Assembly: GCA_038209965.1 (NCBI GenBank)
Contig: JBBQXF010000003.1
Location: 25,420 to 89,419, forward strand
Direction of reading: 5' to 3'
DNA length: 64,000 bases
Source: Cytophagales bacterium
GTDB taxonomy: Bacteria; Bacteroidota; Bacteroidia; Cytophagales; Thermoflexibacteraceae
Positions 49,285 to 59,620 of the stretch are shown here, piece by piece. The notes under the pieces are model-generated. The model was not told the origin of the DNA. It saw nothing but the letters and a program-made list of their open reading frames with translations, and did no database searches. Both the position numbers and the translations under genes were made by a program. Numbering within the stretch: position 1 is the stretch's first letter; each line of letters begins with the position of its first letter.

Positions 49285-50667
49285 ATGAATTTATCTAAAA
49301 TATCAATACAAAACTTTAAGTGTTTCCAAAACAAAATTGACATTGATTTTGGAAGACTTACACTATTAACAGGTGCTAATAGTAGTGGGAAAAGTTCAAT
49401 TATTTATAGTGTGCTTGGCTCACTGCAATCAGGGGAATTTCCATTTCAATTTTCAACTAATGGCAAATATGTTAATATGGGCGATTTTAAAGAAATTGTT
49501 CACGACCACAATCGAAAAGAAAAAATAAAACTTGGATTTACTTTTAAAAATGGTTCTATACATTCAATTGAAACTGTTTGGGAAGAGGATTTAACCAATA
49601 ATTTACCCCAATTATTAGAGTTAAAAGCACAATCTGATTATTTCTTTGTTTCAGTATTGAAAAAGGAAAAAAAATATTCAGTAGATTATACATATGACGC
49701 AGTTAAGGATCCTCAATTTGAAATGATGTCCAATGAAATATTTAAAAAGCTTTTCGCAAACATCAGTGAAGTAATGGAAACGGTTAAAGAGCAAAAAAAC
49801 ACAAAGGGTATTAAGGGAGCCGAACCTAAAAATAATCTTTCCAAATATTTAGAGGACATAAATACATCTCAAGATATTAAAGGTCTACTTCTAGATGAAG
49901 TCCCATTATTTAGAAAGAAAATAGATGAAAAAGGCACTTTTAAATTGAAGCAGATTTTTGATGTTATTACTAAAGTGTTCAGCGAATATGATGAGAAAAT
50001 AAACTTTATTAGTTCGTTCCGTTTGCGTCCAGAAAGAACATATCTTGAACAAACCAAATCTAAAATAAAAGTTAATAATTTCGGGGACGGTTATTTAGAC
50101 CAAATAATTATTTGGGAAACAAAGAATAAACCCAAATTTAATCAGCTAATTAAAATTCTTAAAGAATTAAAACTGTTAGAAACGATAAAATCAAAAAGAC
50201 TTGAAGGAGGACGTTATGAAATTTCTGTTCAAATTAAAAAGGGCGGAATTGACACCTCGCTTAATGATGTTGGTTTTGGTATTTCTCAGTTTTTACCAAT
50301 TATTGTTGCAGACCTTCAACTTCCGAAAAATTCTACGCTATATATAGCTCAACCTGAAATTCACCTTCATCCAAGTGTTCAATCTCTGTTTGGAGGTTAC
50401 TTAACTAATCAAATTAAAATAAGCTCTAAAAATTATGTAATTGAAACTCACAGCGAGTATTTACTTAATAGAATTAGACTTGCAATTGTTAAAGGAGAAA
50501 TAAACTCTGAAGATGTAAATATTATTTTTGTTGATAATCAATCCAAAGACAATATAATACATAAAATTTCTTTCAGTAAAAAAGGGCAAATTCTAAACGC
50601 ACCAGACAATTTCTTTAAGACATATATGATGGATGTAATGGACATTGCAATTAATGCAGCAGAATAA
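49285..50667 (+). CDS. AAA_21/AAA_15-type ABC-like ATPase (OLD/PARIS/Septu-class defence ATPase family), low-GC island.
   Basis: SIQNFKCFQNKIDIDFGRLTLLTGANSSGKSSII (Walker A) … LYIAQPEIHLHPSVQ (D-loop/Walker B type), 460 aa. About 30% GC. Confidence 0.8.
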   Translation: MNLSKISIQNFKCFQNKIDIDFGRLTLLTGANSSGKSSIIYSVLGSLQSGEFPFQFSTNGKYVNMGDFKEIVHDHNRKEKIKLGFTFKNGSIHSIETVWEEDLTNNLPQLLELKAQSDYFFVSVLKKEKKYSVDYTYDAVKDPQFEMMSNEIFKKLFANISEVMETVKEQKNTKGIKGAEPKNNLSKYLEDINTSQDIKGLLLDEVPLFRKKIDEKGTFKLKQIFDVITKVFSEYDEKINFISSFRLRPERTYLEQTKSKIKVNNFGDGYLDQIIIWETKNKPKFNQLIKILKELKLLETIKSKRLEGGRYEISVQIKKGGIDTSLNDVGFGISQFLPIIVADLQLPKNSTLYIAQPEIHLHPSVQSLFGGYLTNQIKISSKNYVIETHSEYLLNRIRLAIVKGEINSEDVNIIFVDNQSKDNIIHKISFSKKGQILNAPDNFFKTYMMDVMDIAINAAE

Positions 50668-50669
50668 GT

Positions 50670-51002
50670 ATGAGAAAGGACATATTTATTGATAATAATA
50701 TAGCGAGTAAATTCTCCAATCCACAAGACAAGGAATATATTAAACTAACAGAATGGTTAATGTTTTATGACCAAAACGATTCTCTAAATAAAGATAATTA
50801 TGCACATTTAGTTGTTTCAAAAAAGCTATTGGTTGAATATTCTCGTTCTTCACTAAATGCTATAAGTGACACATCAATCCCATCAATAGTTGATAAATTA
50901 TTAAGAGAAGACCGTTTAATAATTGTTAGTAATCAGCAAATAAAAGACTTTCAGCCTATCAGACGGCTTCCTATTTTACCAACCTTTTCAGCAAGGCAGT
51001 AA
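50670..51002 (+). CDS. Small protein translationally coupled to the ATPase. It is possibly longer (to ~51139) through a frameshift near 50935-50990.
   Basis: Starts 3 nt after the ATPase stop. A second frame continues a protein-like read …KAVKEAKEINRQNGLPNDFVINGKRFYELPNGETVTENPLANDSTKG*. Confidence 0.4.
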   Translation: MRKDIFIDNNIASKFSNPQDKEYIKLTEWLMFYDQNDSLNKDNYAHLVVSKKLLVEYSRSSLNAISDTSIPSIVDKLLREDRLIIVSNQQIKDFQPIRRLPILPTFSARQ

Positions 51003-51346
51003 AAGAGGCAAAAGAAATTAACCGACAAAACGGTTTACCTAACGACTTTGTAATCAATGGTAAGCGATTTTATGAATTGCCAAACGGTGAAACCGTAACA
51101 GAAAACCCGTTGGCAAACGACAGTACGAAAGGATAATACCGCCCACAATATTATATTTGCGAAAAGTCGGGCTAATGTGCATAATTTAGGCTTTGTGTTT
51201 TTTATAAACATTGTGCACAGGGGCAAGGAAAGTGCTATTAAACCCGCCCTTCGCAAATATTTTTCCGTTACCGGTCAGGCTAAAAGACGATACCGAACAA
51301 ATGACAAGTATAAAAATGGACACTGAAAAAATATTAAATACCTTTA

Positions 51347-51862
51347 ATGGACTTAAAAATGGAAATAAAAGTTAGAGTTTCAACGACCTATGACTCCTCA
51401 TTGGAACGAGCATTTAAAACGCCACTACTTTGTGACGTTTCAAAAGTTCATACAGGTTACGGACTAATGCCCAAAGTGACACGTTGCACAGATGACGAAA
51501 ATTGGGGACAAGTTGGTTCAAGCAAAAAGGTCTATGCTGCAAAATCATTGACACAAAAAGGCGGTTTTGCTTCGGTTGACAAAATTCTTGAGCGGACAGA
51601 AAATAGGTATTGGAAATTTCAGGTTGACAACTTTCAATCTTGGATGTTAGGTTTTCACAAATTTGTTGGTGAATGGCAGACGACAGAAATTAAACCGAAC
51701 AAAATATTAGTTGAATATACTTACACTTTACATTCTGATACTGCATTACTTTACCCATTAAATTGGCTATTCGCAAAAACATTTTGGACAACCTATATGA
51801 AACGAGTGCTAGAAAACGTTAGAAAGTTGGCCTATAATAATGAACCCTACAAGTATGAATAA
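51347..51862 (+). CDS. SRPBCC/Bet v1-like (polyketide-cyclase fold) hypothetical protein.
   Basis: 171 aa with a pattern of alternating beta strands and a long C-terminal helix (…NWLFAKTFWTTYMKRVLENVRKLA…). Confidence 0.4.
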   Translation: MDLKMEIKVRVSTTYDSSLERAFKTPLLCDVSKVHTGYGLMPKVTRCTDDENWGQVGSSKKVYAAKSLTQKGGFASVDKILERTENRYWKFQVDNFQSWMLGFHKFVGEWQTTEIKPNKILVEYTYTLHSDTALLYPLNWLFAKTFWTTYMKRVLENVRKLAYNNEPYKYE

Positions 51863-52078
51863 AGAAGCCCGAATCGTTAACACTAGTTTGGTAAAAGTGG
51901 CGGTTCACTGCTCCGCATCAATATTTGTGGTGAAAATCGCTATCTTCGCCAAGCCGATAACCGTTGCCAGCATTTATTTGGCGGCACAACGACTTCCAAT
52001 GAACTGCAAGAAATTGACAGGATAATGGTGCAAAATTTGACACATAAACATTAACACTTAAACAAGCGACACTTTTAA

Positions 52079-52543
52079 ATGGACGAAATTCTTAAAACGA
52101 CTTTACTTGAATATGAGAGGAGTGCTTTTGTTATTGACTTGGTTAAGCACGGTAGCGGAAAACAATACATCCAAATTTTGCAGACAATCCGAGAAGAAGA
52201 ATCTGACCACAAGCGAGCGATTAAAATTAATCCATCACTCTTGAGTGACATTATTAATGTTCTGAACTCTTATCTCGAAATGTTTCCTGATAGCAAGGAC
52301 AAACCTAAATTTATAGAAAACGAGACGACAGCAAAGTTGCGACCAAGGGGTTTAACAGAATCACAAAAGACCGCAATGCAAAATCGGTACTTAAAAGGTG
52401 TTTCAATTTCTGACTTGACAATTCAATTTGACTGCAAAGCAGAATTAATAGAGCAAATCCTAAACAATAATGGAATTGCAATCGTGAACAACAAACTTCC
52501 AGTGACAAGCAATTACAAGCGGTTCAGAAGGCGAAAGCATTGA
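52079..52543 (+). CDS. Hypothetical 154-aa protein, possible PUR-alpha-like/HTH nucleic-acid-binding protein.
   Basis: …RSAFVIDLVKHGSGKQYIQILQ… resembles Bacteroidota DUF3276/PUR-like repeats. Basic C-terminus. Confidence 0.35.
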   Translation: MDEILKTTLLEYERSAFVIDLVKHGSGKQYIQILQTIREEESDHKRAIKINPSLLSDIINVLNSYLEMFPDSKDKPKFIENETTAKLRPRGLTESQKTAMQNRYLKGVSISDLTIQFDCKAELIEQILNNNGIAIVNNKLPVTSNYKRFRRRKH

Positions 52544-52559
52544 ACAAACTTTTATGCTA

Positions 52560-53290
52560 ACTTTGTGTTAGGTGCGAAATAACAATCAAAGTGGGCCGTC
52601 CCCATTGTCACAGCCCAAAAGTTATCAAAAATGGTGGTAAGGTGGGTAGGCCCCAGAACTTTTTGTGCAAATCCTGCGATAAGCAGTTCATCAGCACCTA
52701 CCGCAACAAGGGGGCAGATCTCCGTGTTAAACACTTGATAACAAGTATGTTGCCAAGGAACTGTGGCATACGGGACATAGCGAGAATCTTGCGGGCCGGC
52801 TGTAAAACGGTCCTATGCGTACTGCCCCGCCAGGGAAGTTTGTGCCAGATCACCCCAAAAAAGGCCATTACCAATCAGTCCGAGTGGATGGGTGGGTCTG
52901 TATGGGGCACAAGAAAAAGGGGAAACGCTGGTTGATCCACGCTTATGCCCCCGAAACGGGCGGGGTGCTGGCCTATGTGATTGGCAAAAGGGACACCGCA
53001 ACGGTCAATAAACTGTATCAACTGCTCAAAAACATCAAGATTGATGAGTTTTGCACGGATCAATGGAAAGCATTTGCCCATGTTTTCAAGAAAGAAAACC
53101 ACCGGGTGGGAAAAGATCTGACAAGGCACATTGAAGGGGGTGAACAACGGTTTGAGGACCGGGAACAGGCGTTTTGTGAGGAAGACCACCTATTTTTCCA
53201 AGAAGGATGAAAACCACGAAGCTGCCATCAAAATCATGTTTCAGCAACGAAATTATGCGTACCATACTTTTTAAAACACAACTAGGTTTT
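52560..53290 (+). mobile_element. IS1-family insertion sequence (InsA/InsB with a -1 frameshift window) carrying an additional disabling frameshift near 53165.
   Basis: InsA-like Zn-finger ORF (CHSPKVIKNGG…CKSCDKQF). InsB-like …WLIHAYAPETGGVLAYVIGKRDTATVNKLYQLLK…TDQWKAF…. The C-terminal LVRKTTYFSKKDENH… is found in a third frame. Confidence 0.65.
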
Positions 53291-53464
53291 CAAATCCAAA
53301 CTGACTTTTTATGTGATGATCTTGAGGAAGCATCGGAAGATGCTGAAAGACTTTACCAGATTAACACCATTAAATGGATACTAATAAATTAATTGCAACA
53401 GGTCTCTTGCAACATTACAAAGAACCTTAAATGCCACTTTCTCTGAAACTAGGGCAGCAGTGCA

Positions 53465-54124
53465 TTAATATTGGTCTAGCATTATATCTTTAAATGAAAT
53501 CTTCATTTTCGTACCACCATGTATCTGTAATCCTATTTTGCCAAAATCGGGATAACTGTTTTCTGGTTCGGTATAATCAACAGTTTGGAATCCGTTCAAT
53601 ATAATAACAATTCGTCGGCCAATGCATCGTATTTCATAGTCGTTCCAATCGTTTTTGCGCAACGATTTTTCCACAATACTGGAATCTGCTTTTGCCAAAA
53701 TGACATCACGCCTTGTTTCATCATACAAGCTGCCGGTATAGCCTGGCCCTATATCAGCCTGAAACCCTACCATCTCGTTCAAGGGGGCCGTCCTATTTCG
53801 TTGTGAATTTACCTGAACACCTGCGTTGACAAAACCGGGCCCTCCTTCCAATTTAAATTTCAGTTTAAGTGTGAAATTCTTGTAATCTTTTTTTGTAGCC
53901 AGAAAATCGTTTTGCAAATGCGTAATACTGGTATCGCCGGCAGTAATAGCCCCATTTTCTATATACCAGACGTTCATATCCCCTTGCCAGCACTTCAGAT
54001 TTTTACCATTAAACAAGATGATTTGTTTTGGTTGCTTTCCTTGCCCAAAAGCCTCAGTTTGCTGCGCAAACACCGGAGATAGACAGCAATAATAAATACA
54101 ACAGGCAACGATTTTTCCTTTCAT
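53465..54124 (-). CDS. DUF1080 (3-keto-disaccharide hydrolase / LamG-like) secreted protein.
   Basis: Signal peptide. …WYIENGAITAG… …GFQADIG… …GLQIHGG…, typical DUF1080/PF06439. Confidence 0.75.
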   Translation of the reverse strand: MKGKIVACCIYYCCLSPVFAQQTEAFGQGKQPKQIILFNGKNLKCWQGDMNVWYIENGAITAGDTSITHLQNDFLATKKDYKNFTLKLKFKLEGGPGFVNAGVQVNSQRNRTAPLNEMVGFQADIGPGYTGSLYDETRRDVILAKADSSIVEKSLRKNDWNDYEIRCIGRRIVIILNGFQTVDYTEPENSYPDFGKIGLQIHGGTKMKISFKDIMLDQY

Positions 54125-54606
54125 AAAAGTAAATTGAAATTAAGTAAATCTAAGAATATGTTTTGAAATTGGTGGTTAGTGAATCAGCGATTTAATAAAA
54201 TTGAGCCTTTGACATAGTCTGTGGTTTATCACATCATAAATCAAGGTAAACCGCTAAACTCGATTTTAAGGTTCAGCAATTTACCGACCCCACGGTACTC
54301 AATGAGCAATAATACAGAAATATATTGACACCGGTCATAAGATCAAAAAGACTGGCGGATGATTGTATTTGTATTTCAAAAGTTGCCGGCACGGGAAGCC
54401 AGTGACGTATCACTAACGAGAAATAATATGCTTTGCAAAGTATCTATCACCACTTCAGCAAATGGACAAAACCGGTATTTTTGATAGTATTATTGCGTAT
54501 TTATTTGAAAATGAATGGATCTGGCAGGTGGTCTGTCAAGCCAATGTCCACGGTTGTTACGTTGGGTGTAAAACTCGGTGGTTTTGCTACTTTCATGCTT
54601 CAATCC

Positions 54607-57600
54607 CTACCGTTTGGTCACCACTTCGTCCAAGTTGAACAGCGTGCTGATCACCATTGTGAGGGCGGCGTGCTCGGCCGCAGGCAGTTTTGGGTCGCGG
54701 GGGTGATCGCCGGTGGCTAGCAAGAGTGCCGCATCTTTGGGTTTCCGGCGGAAATTGGCCAGTTCCTGCTGATAAAGCTCTAGCAGAACGGTCAGCTCGG
54801 CCGGCTTGATGGATCGGAGCACTACTTGGTTGAACGCTTGGGCAATTTGCTTTTCCACATTCTTGGCCGTCCAAACCACTCCGTTGGTTGGGCTGGTTTT
54901 GGCCATTCGTTCGGCCAAAAACCGCGAGGCTTCGATCAGTTGGGGGTCGTTCATCAGCACCAATGCTTGTAACGGGGTGCTGGTATTTTGGCGTTTCACC
55001 ACGCACTGGCTGCGGGTGGCGGCATCGAAAGTGATCATGGCTGGGGGGGGCACGGTGCGCTTCCAGTAGGTGTACAGGCTGCGCCGATACAATCCTTCGC
55101 CTTGGTCGTGCTGGTATTTGACCAGTCCACGCCCCGAAGTGGTGGCTTCCCAGATGCCGTCGGGCTGATAGGGGAACACGCTCGGCCCGCCAATTTTTTC
55201 GGCCAACAAGCCACTCGTTAACAACGCTTGATCGCGGAGCATCTCGGCAGCTAGACGGACTTGGGGACCTCGGGCCAGTAGGCTGTTGTCCGGGTCGCGC
55301 TCCCGCAAGGCGGCGGGTGTGCGCGAAGACTGCCGATAAGTGGCCGACATTACCATCGTTTTGATCATTTGCTTGGTATCCCACTTGTTTTCGCGGTAAG
55401 TGACCGCCAGCCAGTCGAGCAGTTCGGGATGGGTGGGCAGGGTTCCTTGGTTGCCAAAATCCTCGACCGTGCCCACGATCCCCCGGCCAAACAGCATTTG
55501 CCAATAGCGGTTGACCGTGACGCGGGCCACTAAAGGATTGGCCGGGGCAAACAACCATTTGGCCAGCCCAAGGCGGTTGGTGGGCAATTGATCCTCAAAT
55601 TTCAGCACGCTCTCGGGGGTGCCCGGGGTCACGCGCTCGCGATGGGCATCATACGCCCCGCGATCCAAAATGAAACTGGGTCGCACCGAATCGCGCTCGG
55701 CCATCACCAACACTTCAATCAAGGGGTGGCGGAGATCGCACTCTTGCTTGCGAAGGGCAGTCAGTTCGGCCTTCAACTGCTGGTAATCAGGGTTGTTGAG
55801 CAAGGCATGGGCTTCCCGGATCGATGCTGGGGCTGGGCTGGTTTGAGCTGGATTTCCCAGCAAGAACATCTCCCAGCCGGAGAGCTGGCGCGCATACACC
55901 TTGGCGTCATCTATTTGCCCAATCAGGCCCGAATGGAACAGACGTTGGCCCAATTGCAGCTTGTTGTTGTACCCATTCCGGTTGACAGCCCGGATACTGC
56001 GGTACAGTTTGTCAAAAACAGCGGTTTGGGCGGTGGCTTGCCCGTTGACATACAATTGGATGCCGGTGGCCCGGCTCGATCCGTCATAGCTGAACCCGAT
56101 TTGGGTCCATGCCTTGACCGAGATGGGCACTTTGGCCTTCACCATGATCGTATTGTACGGCCACACATTGGTTAGCCGGACATAGACGGTATCGTAGTGG
56201 ATCGAGAGTTCCCAGCCAGCCTTGCCATCATTGTCCTCACAGACCTTGCTGATGATCCCGACTTGGTTTTCCCGTTTTTCCAAATACACCCAAGCACTGG
56301 CTGAAAAGGATTGGTAGCGTTCAAAATTACCAACCGCCGAGTCCTGAACCACCAATTTATTGTCACTTTTGAACCGAAATGCTTTACCCAGCCGGCCGGG
56401 CACAGCTTGGGGAATGGTGTCGCCCTCGGCCGTTACTTCGCGGTTGGCCGTTTTGGTCTTGAAATAATTTTGGTCGTAAGTCTTTTTCTTGTCCCAGTTG
56501 GCGGGTACTTTCCGCTTGGCCACCAGTTCCTCCCCCGTGATGTGCAACACTAGATCTTTGGTCAGATCAGGGCTGGTTGGCCCATTTCGTGCTGATTTGA
56601 AGGGCGAAGCGGCGCGGTTGACCAAAGCGGCCAGCGCTTTTTCTTTGTCCCCAATCAATTTTTTGAGTTGGGCCAACTGAGTGCGCTGGGCCTCGGTGGT
56701 CACTTCCAGCGCCGGGCCGGGCGTTTCGCGGTAGGGAATCCAACCATCTTCGGGCACATTGTTGAAAAAAGCATACAGTTTATAATATTCTTTTTGTAAC
56801 AGCGGATCGTATTTATGATCGTGGCACCGCGCACACTCAAAAGTAAGGCCCAAAAAAGTGGCGGAAAATGTATTGGTGCGGTCGGCCACGTATTCTACCC
56901 GGTATTCTTCATCAATGATTCCGCCTTCTTGGCTAATGGCGTGGTTGCGGTTGAAGCCAGTCGCGAGTTTCTGCTCGTAGGTAGCGTTGGGCAACAGATC
57001 GCCGGCCAATTGCCAGGTCACAAACTGGTCAAACGGCAGGTTTTGGTTGTAGGCTTTGATCACCCATTCGCGCCACGGGTACTGGGTGCGGGGCATATCA
57101 TCTTGGTATCCGTGGGTGTCGGCATAGCGGGCCACGTCGAGCCAAACGGTCGCCATCCGCTCACCGAAGCGGGGAGAAGCCAGCAACCGATCCACCACTT
57201 TGGCAAATGCGTTCGTACTTTGGTCACTCACAAAATCAGCCACTTCTTGAGGAGTGGGCGGGAGCCCGGTCAGGTCGAAAGTGACCCGGCGGAGGAGCGT
57301 ATGTTTTTGGGCTTCTGGTTGGGGCGATAAATTTTCGCGCTCCAATCGGGCCAGCACATAATTATCGATGGGGTTTCGGGGCCAATTGGCTGCTTTTACC
57401 GTTGGCACTTGGGCGATTTGGGGTGGGATAAACGACCAGTGCGGCTTCCATTTCGCCCCTTGCTCGATCCATTTGCCAATCACCGCTTTCTCGTATTCGG
57501 ACAGTTTGAGGTTGGATTCGGGCGGGGGCATTACTTCGTCCGGGTCGCTATGGATGATCCGTTTCCAGACTTCGCTCCCGTGCAGATCGCCCGCCAGGAT

Positions 57601-57885
57601 GGCCACTTGACCGCTTTCGGCCAAGGCTTTCATGGCGCCGGCTTCGTTGTCCAGCCGGAGGTTCGCTTTGCGGCCCGTGCTGGAGGGCCCGTGGCAGGCA
57701 TAGCACCGATCCGACATTATGGGCCGGACGTGGAAGTTGAAATCCACTACTTCGGGCAAGCCCGCCACTTGATCAAATTCGGAGGTAGTAGTGCAGCTTT
57801 TCAAGGTGAGCGAAGCCGCCACTGCACCCGCAAAGACCAGCAAAGAGGAAGGAAATAACCAACGGGAAATGTTGTGTGTTTTCAT
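54607..57885 (-). CDS. PSD1/DUF1549/DUF1553 protein with an N-terminal planctomycete-type cytochrome c (PSCyt) domain.
   Basis: CYACHGPSSTGRKANLRLD heme-binding motif. 1092 aa with the characteristic DUF1549 / DUF1553 architecture. Confidence 0.85.
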   Translation of the reverse strand: MKTHNISRWLFPSSLLVFAGAVAASLTLKSCTTTSEFDQVAGLPEVVDFNFHVRPIMSDRCYACHGPSSTGRKANLRLDNEAGAMKALAESGQVAILAGDLHGSEVWKRIIHSDPDEVMPPPESNLKLSEYEKAVIGKWIEQGAKWKPHWSFIPPQIAQVPTVKAANWPRNPIDNYVLARLERENLSPQPEAQKHTLLRRVTFDLTGLPPTPQEVADFVSDQSTNAFAKVVDRLLASPRFGERMATVWLDVARYADTHGYQDDMPRTQYPWREWVIKAYNQNLPFDQFVTWQLAGDLLPNATYEQKLATGFNRNHAISQEGGIIDEEYRVEYVADRTNTFSATFLGLTFECARCHDHKYDPLLQKEYYKLYAFFNNVPEDGWIPYRETPGPALEVTTEAQRTQLAQLKKLIGDKEKALAALVNRAASPFKSARNGPTSPDLTKDLVLHITGEELVAKRKVPANWDKKKTYDQNYFKTKTANREVTAEGDTIPQAVPGRLGKAFRFKSDNKLVVQDSAVGNFERYQSFSASAWVYLEKRENQVGIISKVCEDNDGKAGWELSIHYDTVYVRLTNVWPYNTIMVKAKVPISVKAWTQIGFSYDGSSRATGIQLYVNGQATAQTAVFDKLYRSIRAVNRNGYNNKLQLGQRLFHSGLIGQIDDAKVYARQLSGWEMFLLGNPAQTSPAPASIREAHALLNNPDYQQLKAELTALRKQECDLRHPLIEVLVMAERDSVRPSFILDRGAYDAHRERVTPGTPESVLKFEDQLPTNRLGLAKWLFAPANPLVARVTVNRYWQMLFGRGIVGTVEDFGNQGTLPTHPELLDWLAVTYRENKWDTKQMIKTMVMSATYRQSSRTPAALRERDPDNSLLARGPQVRLAAEMLRDQALLTSGLLAEKIGGPSVFPYQPDGIWEATTSGRGLVKYQHDQGEGLYRRSLYTYWKRTVPPPAMITFDAATRSQCVVKRQNTSTPLQALVLMNDPQLIEASRFLAERMAKTSPTNGVVWTAKNVEKQIAQAFNQVVLRSIKPAELTVLLELYQQELANFRRKPKDAALLLATGDHPRDPKLPAAEHAALTMVISTLFNLDEVVTKR

Positions 57886-58317
57886 GACTGGGCCGATTCG
57901 GTTAATTGGCCAGCTAATTTAGCGATTGTCCACCAAAATACGCTCATCCACGAAAACAATCGGCCATAGACGGGCAAGAAGTCCGGCTTCTGCCCCCATC
58001 CAAAATTGATTTACTACTTGTTGGGGAAAAATAATTGATTGCAATAACGTGTATTGGTTGCTAAAATCACTTTGGGGAGCTTATAACTTTAGGATTCGTT
58101 GTTTTTCGAAAATCAATAAGTTATAAGATTTTACAAGCTCTAGGATTCGGAAATGAGCACCTTTATTCGTAGGGAAGGTGCTCATTTCTTACCAAATAAG
58201 TAGAAAATGAACTTATCGGAGACGTTGATTGGCAAAAGGCAATTTTTAGCCGATCGATTACCGAAGCATATAAACGCATTTATTTGATAGGACTGGGCCA
58301 ATGAAAGAATCCAGCCG

Positions 58318-59229
58318 CTAGTCCAACAGACTGGCCAACTCGTCCAGCATCGTTTTCACTTTAGCCAACAGTTTTTGATCGCGTTTTTCAACGGCTTTTT
58401 CAATCGTTTTGACAATCTCCACTTTGAGGGCCAGCATTTGCTCGTCGGGGGTGATCACCAGTTCGGGGGCAACCACCCGAAATGCGGTACGGGCAGTGCC
58501 CAAAGCTTTCATGAATGGTGCTCCTTCCACTATCAGTTCACCCACCCGGCGGAGGATGCGCTCATCTTCGTTCTCGAGGCTCAACAGTTCCATTTTGGGC
58601 AACCGGACCGTGCGGTTCAGGATGTCTTTGCGGAGCTGGTCGTTCCCGCCGGTGATCTTCTCCAACACTTCAACGAATTTTTCATCCCGCCGAATCGTCT
58701 TGTCCGATACCTTGTGCAGCTCGGCCAAGCGTTCGGAAGTTTTTAGGCCATCGCCCGTTTTTTCCGTTCCGTCTTTTTTGGGGCGGCCCTGTTGTTGTTT
58801 CTCGGCGCGATATTGAATGCCGCGCAGGTAACTTTTCCATTCCTCGGTCAGGTTGCGCTTGCCCAACTGATTGTTGATCATCCAGTCTTTGGCGGCTTCC
58901 TCATCGGCAAACTCCCGAAAAATATACTTGAAATCGTAGCCAAATTTAATGATCAGTTCCTCGCGGTGTTCACTGCAAATCCGAAACCGGTTGTGCCCAT
59001 CCACCAACACCACCTGGTCGCCCTGCTGCCAGACCACCAGCGGATCGCGGCACCCCTCGGCGCGGATATTGGCGGTCAATTGGCCATATTCTTCGTTGGT
59101 AAGCGCTGGGATCAGGTTTTCCAGCCCCGGCCATTTGACGATGGCCGCCTTCACTGCCCCGTCGTCATCCCGCATTTGCTCGCGGGCGCGCTCGGTAATT
59201 TCCCCAAAAGTAAATTTCTTCTTGCTCAT
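58318..59229 (-). CDS. ParB/Sulfiredoxin-domain protein (plasmid ParB/KorB-like nuclease-domain protein).
   Basis: …PLVVWQQGDQVVLVDGHNRFRIC… ParB N-terminal domain motif. Basic helical C-terminus. Confidence 0.7.
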   Translation of the reverse strand: MSKKKFTFGEITERAREQMRDDDGAVKAAIVKWPGLENLIPALTNEEYGQLTANIRAEGCRDPLVVWQQGDQVVLVDGHNRFRICSEHREELIIKFGYDFKYIFREFADEEAAKDWMINNQLGKRNLTEEWKSYLRGIQYRAEKQQQGRPKKDGTEKTGDGLKTSERLAELHKVSDKTIRRDEKFVEVLEKITGGNDQLRKDILNRTVRLPKMELLSLENEDERILRRVGELIVEGAPFMKALGTARTAFRVVAPELVITPDEQMLALKVEIVKTIEKAVEKRDQKLLAKVKTMLDELASLLD

Positions 59230-59620
59230 ATCGGTGGACTCAGGGCCGGGGCTTTCGGTAAATTGCCCGGCCAGTCGGCTTTGCTCTAGTGGCCAAAGTT
59301 AGGGAAAAAAATAACTGGGTATTGCTAATTTTGCCCCGGTAATGGGTGGCAAACCAAAAAACAGCGAGGGTTTTTGTCTTTCTCATTCTTCAATCCGTGT
59401 TAATGATGAAATAATTAGTCAAACTAGCTTTATTGGTTGCTGTCATTTTGGGCTGGTCAAGCTGGGCCTCCCACCAACCAACCTGCGCAGATCAACGGAC
59501 TGGGCAGGCGCGAACTGGGCAGAGTGGTTGGTTCGGGATGATTGACCAAGAAAAAATACCGGGATCGTTGAACCGGGGCTTAATCCAATCGGTCGTGGTT
59601 GGGCCATCCCGGTCGTCAAG

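Noticed and set aside
54593-55558. 321-aa minus-strand ORF overlapping the 3' end of the PSD1 gene in another frame.
   Set aside because: Pro/Arg-rich low complexity. The PSD1 frame carries the CxxCH heme motif and DUF1553 features.
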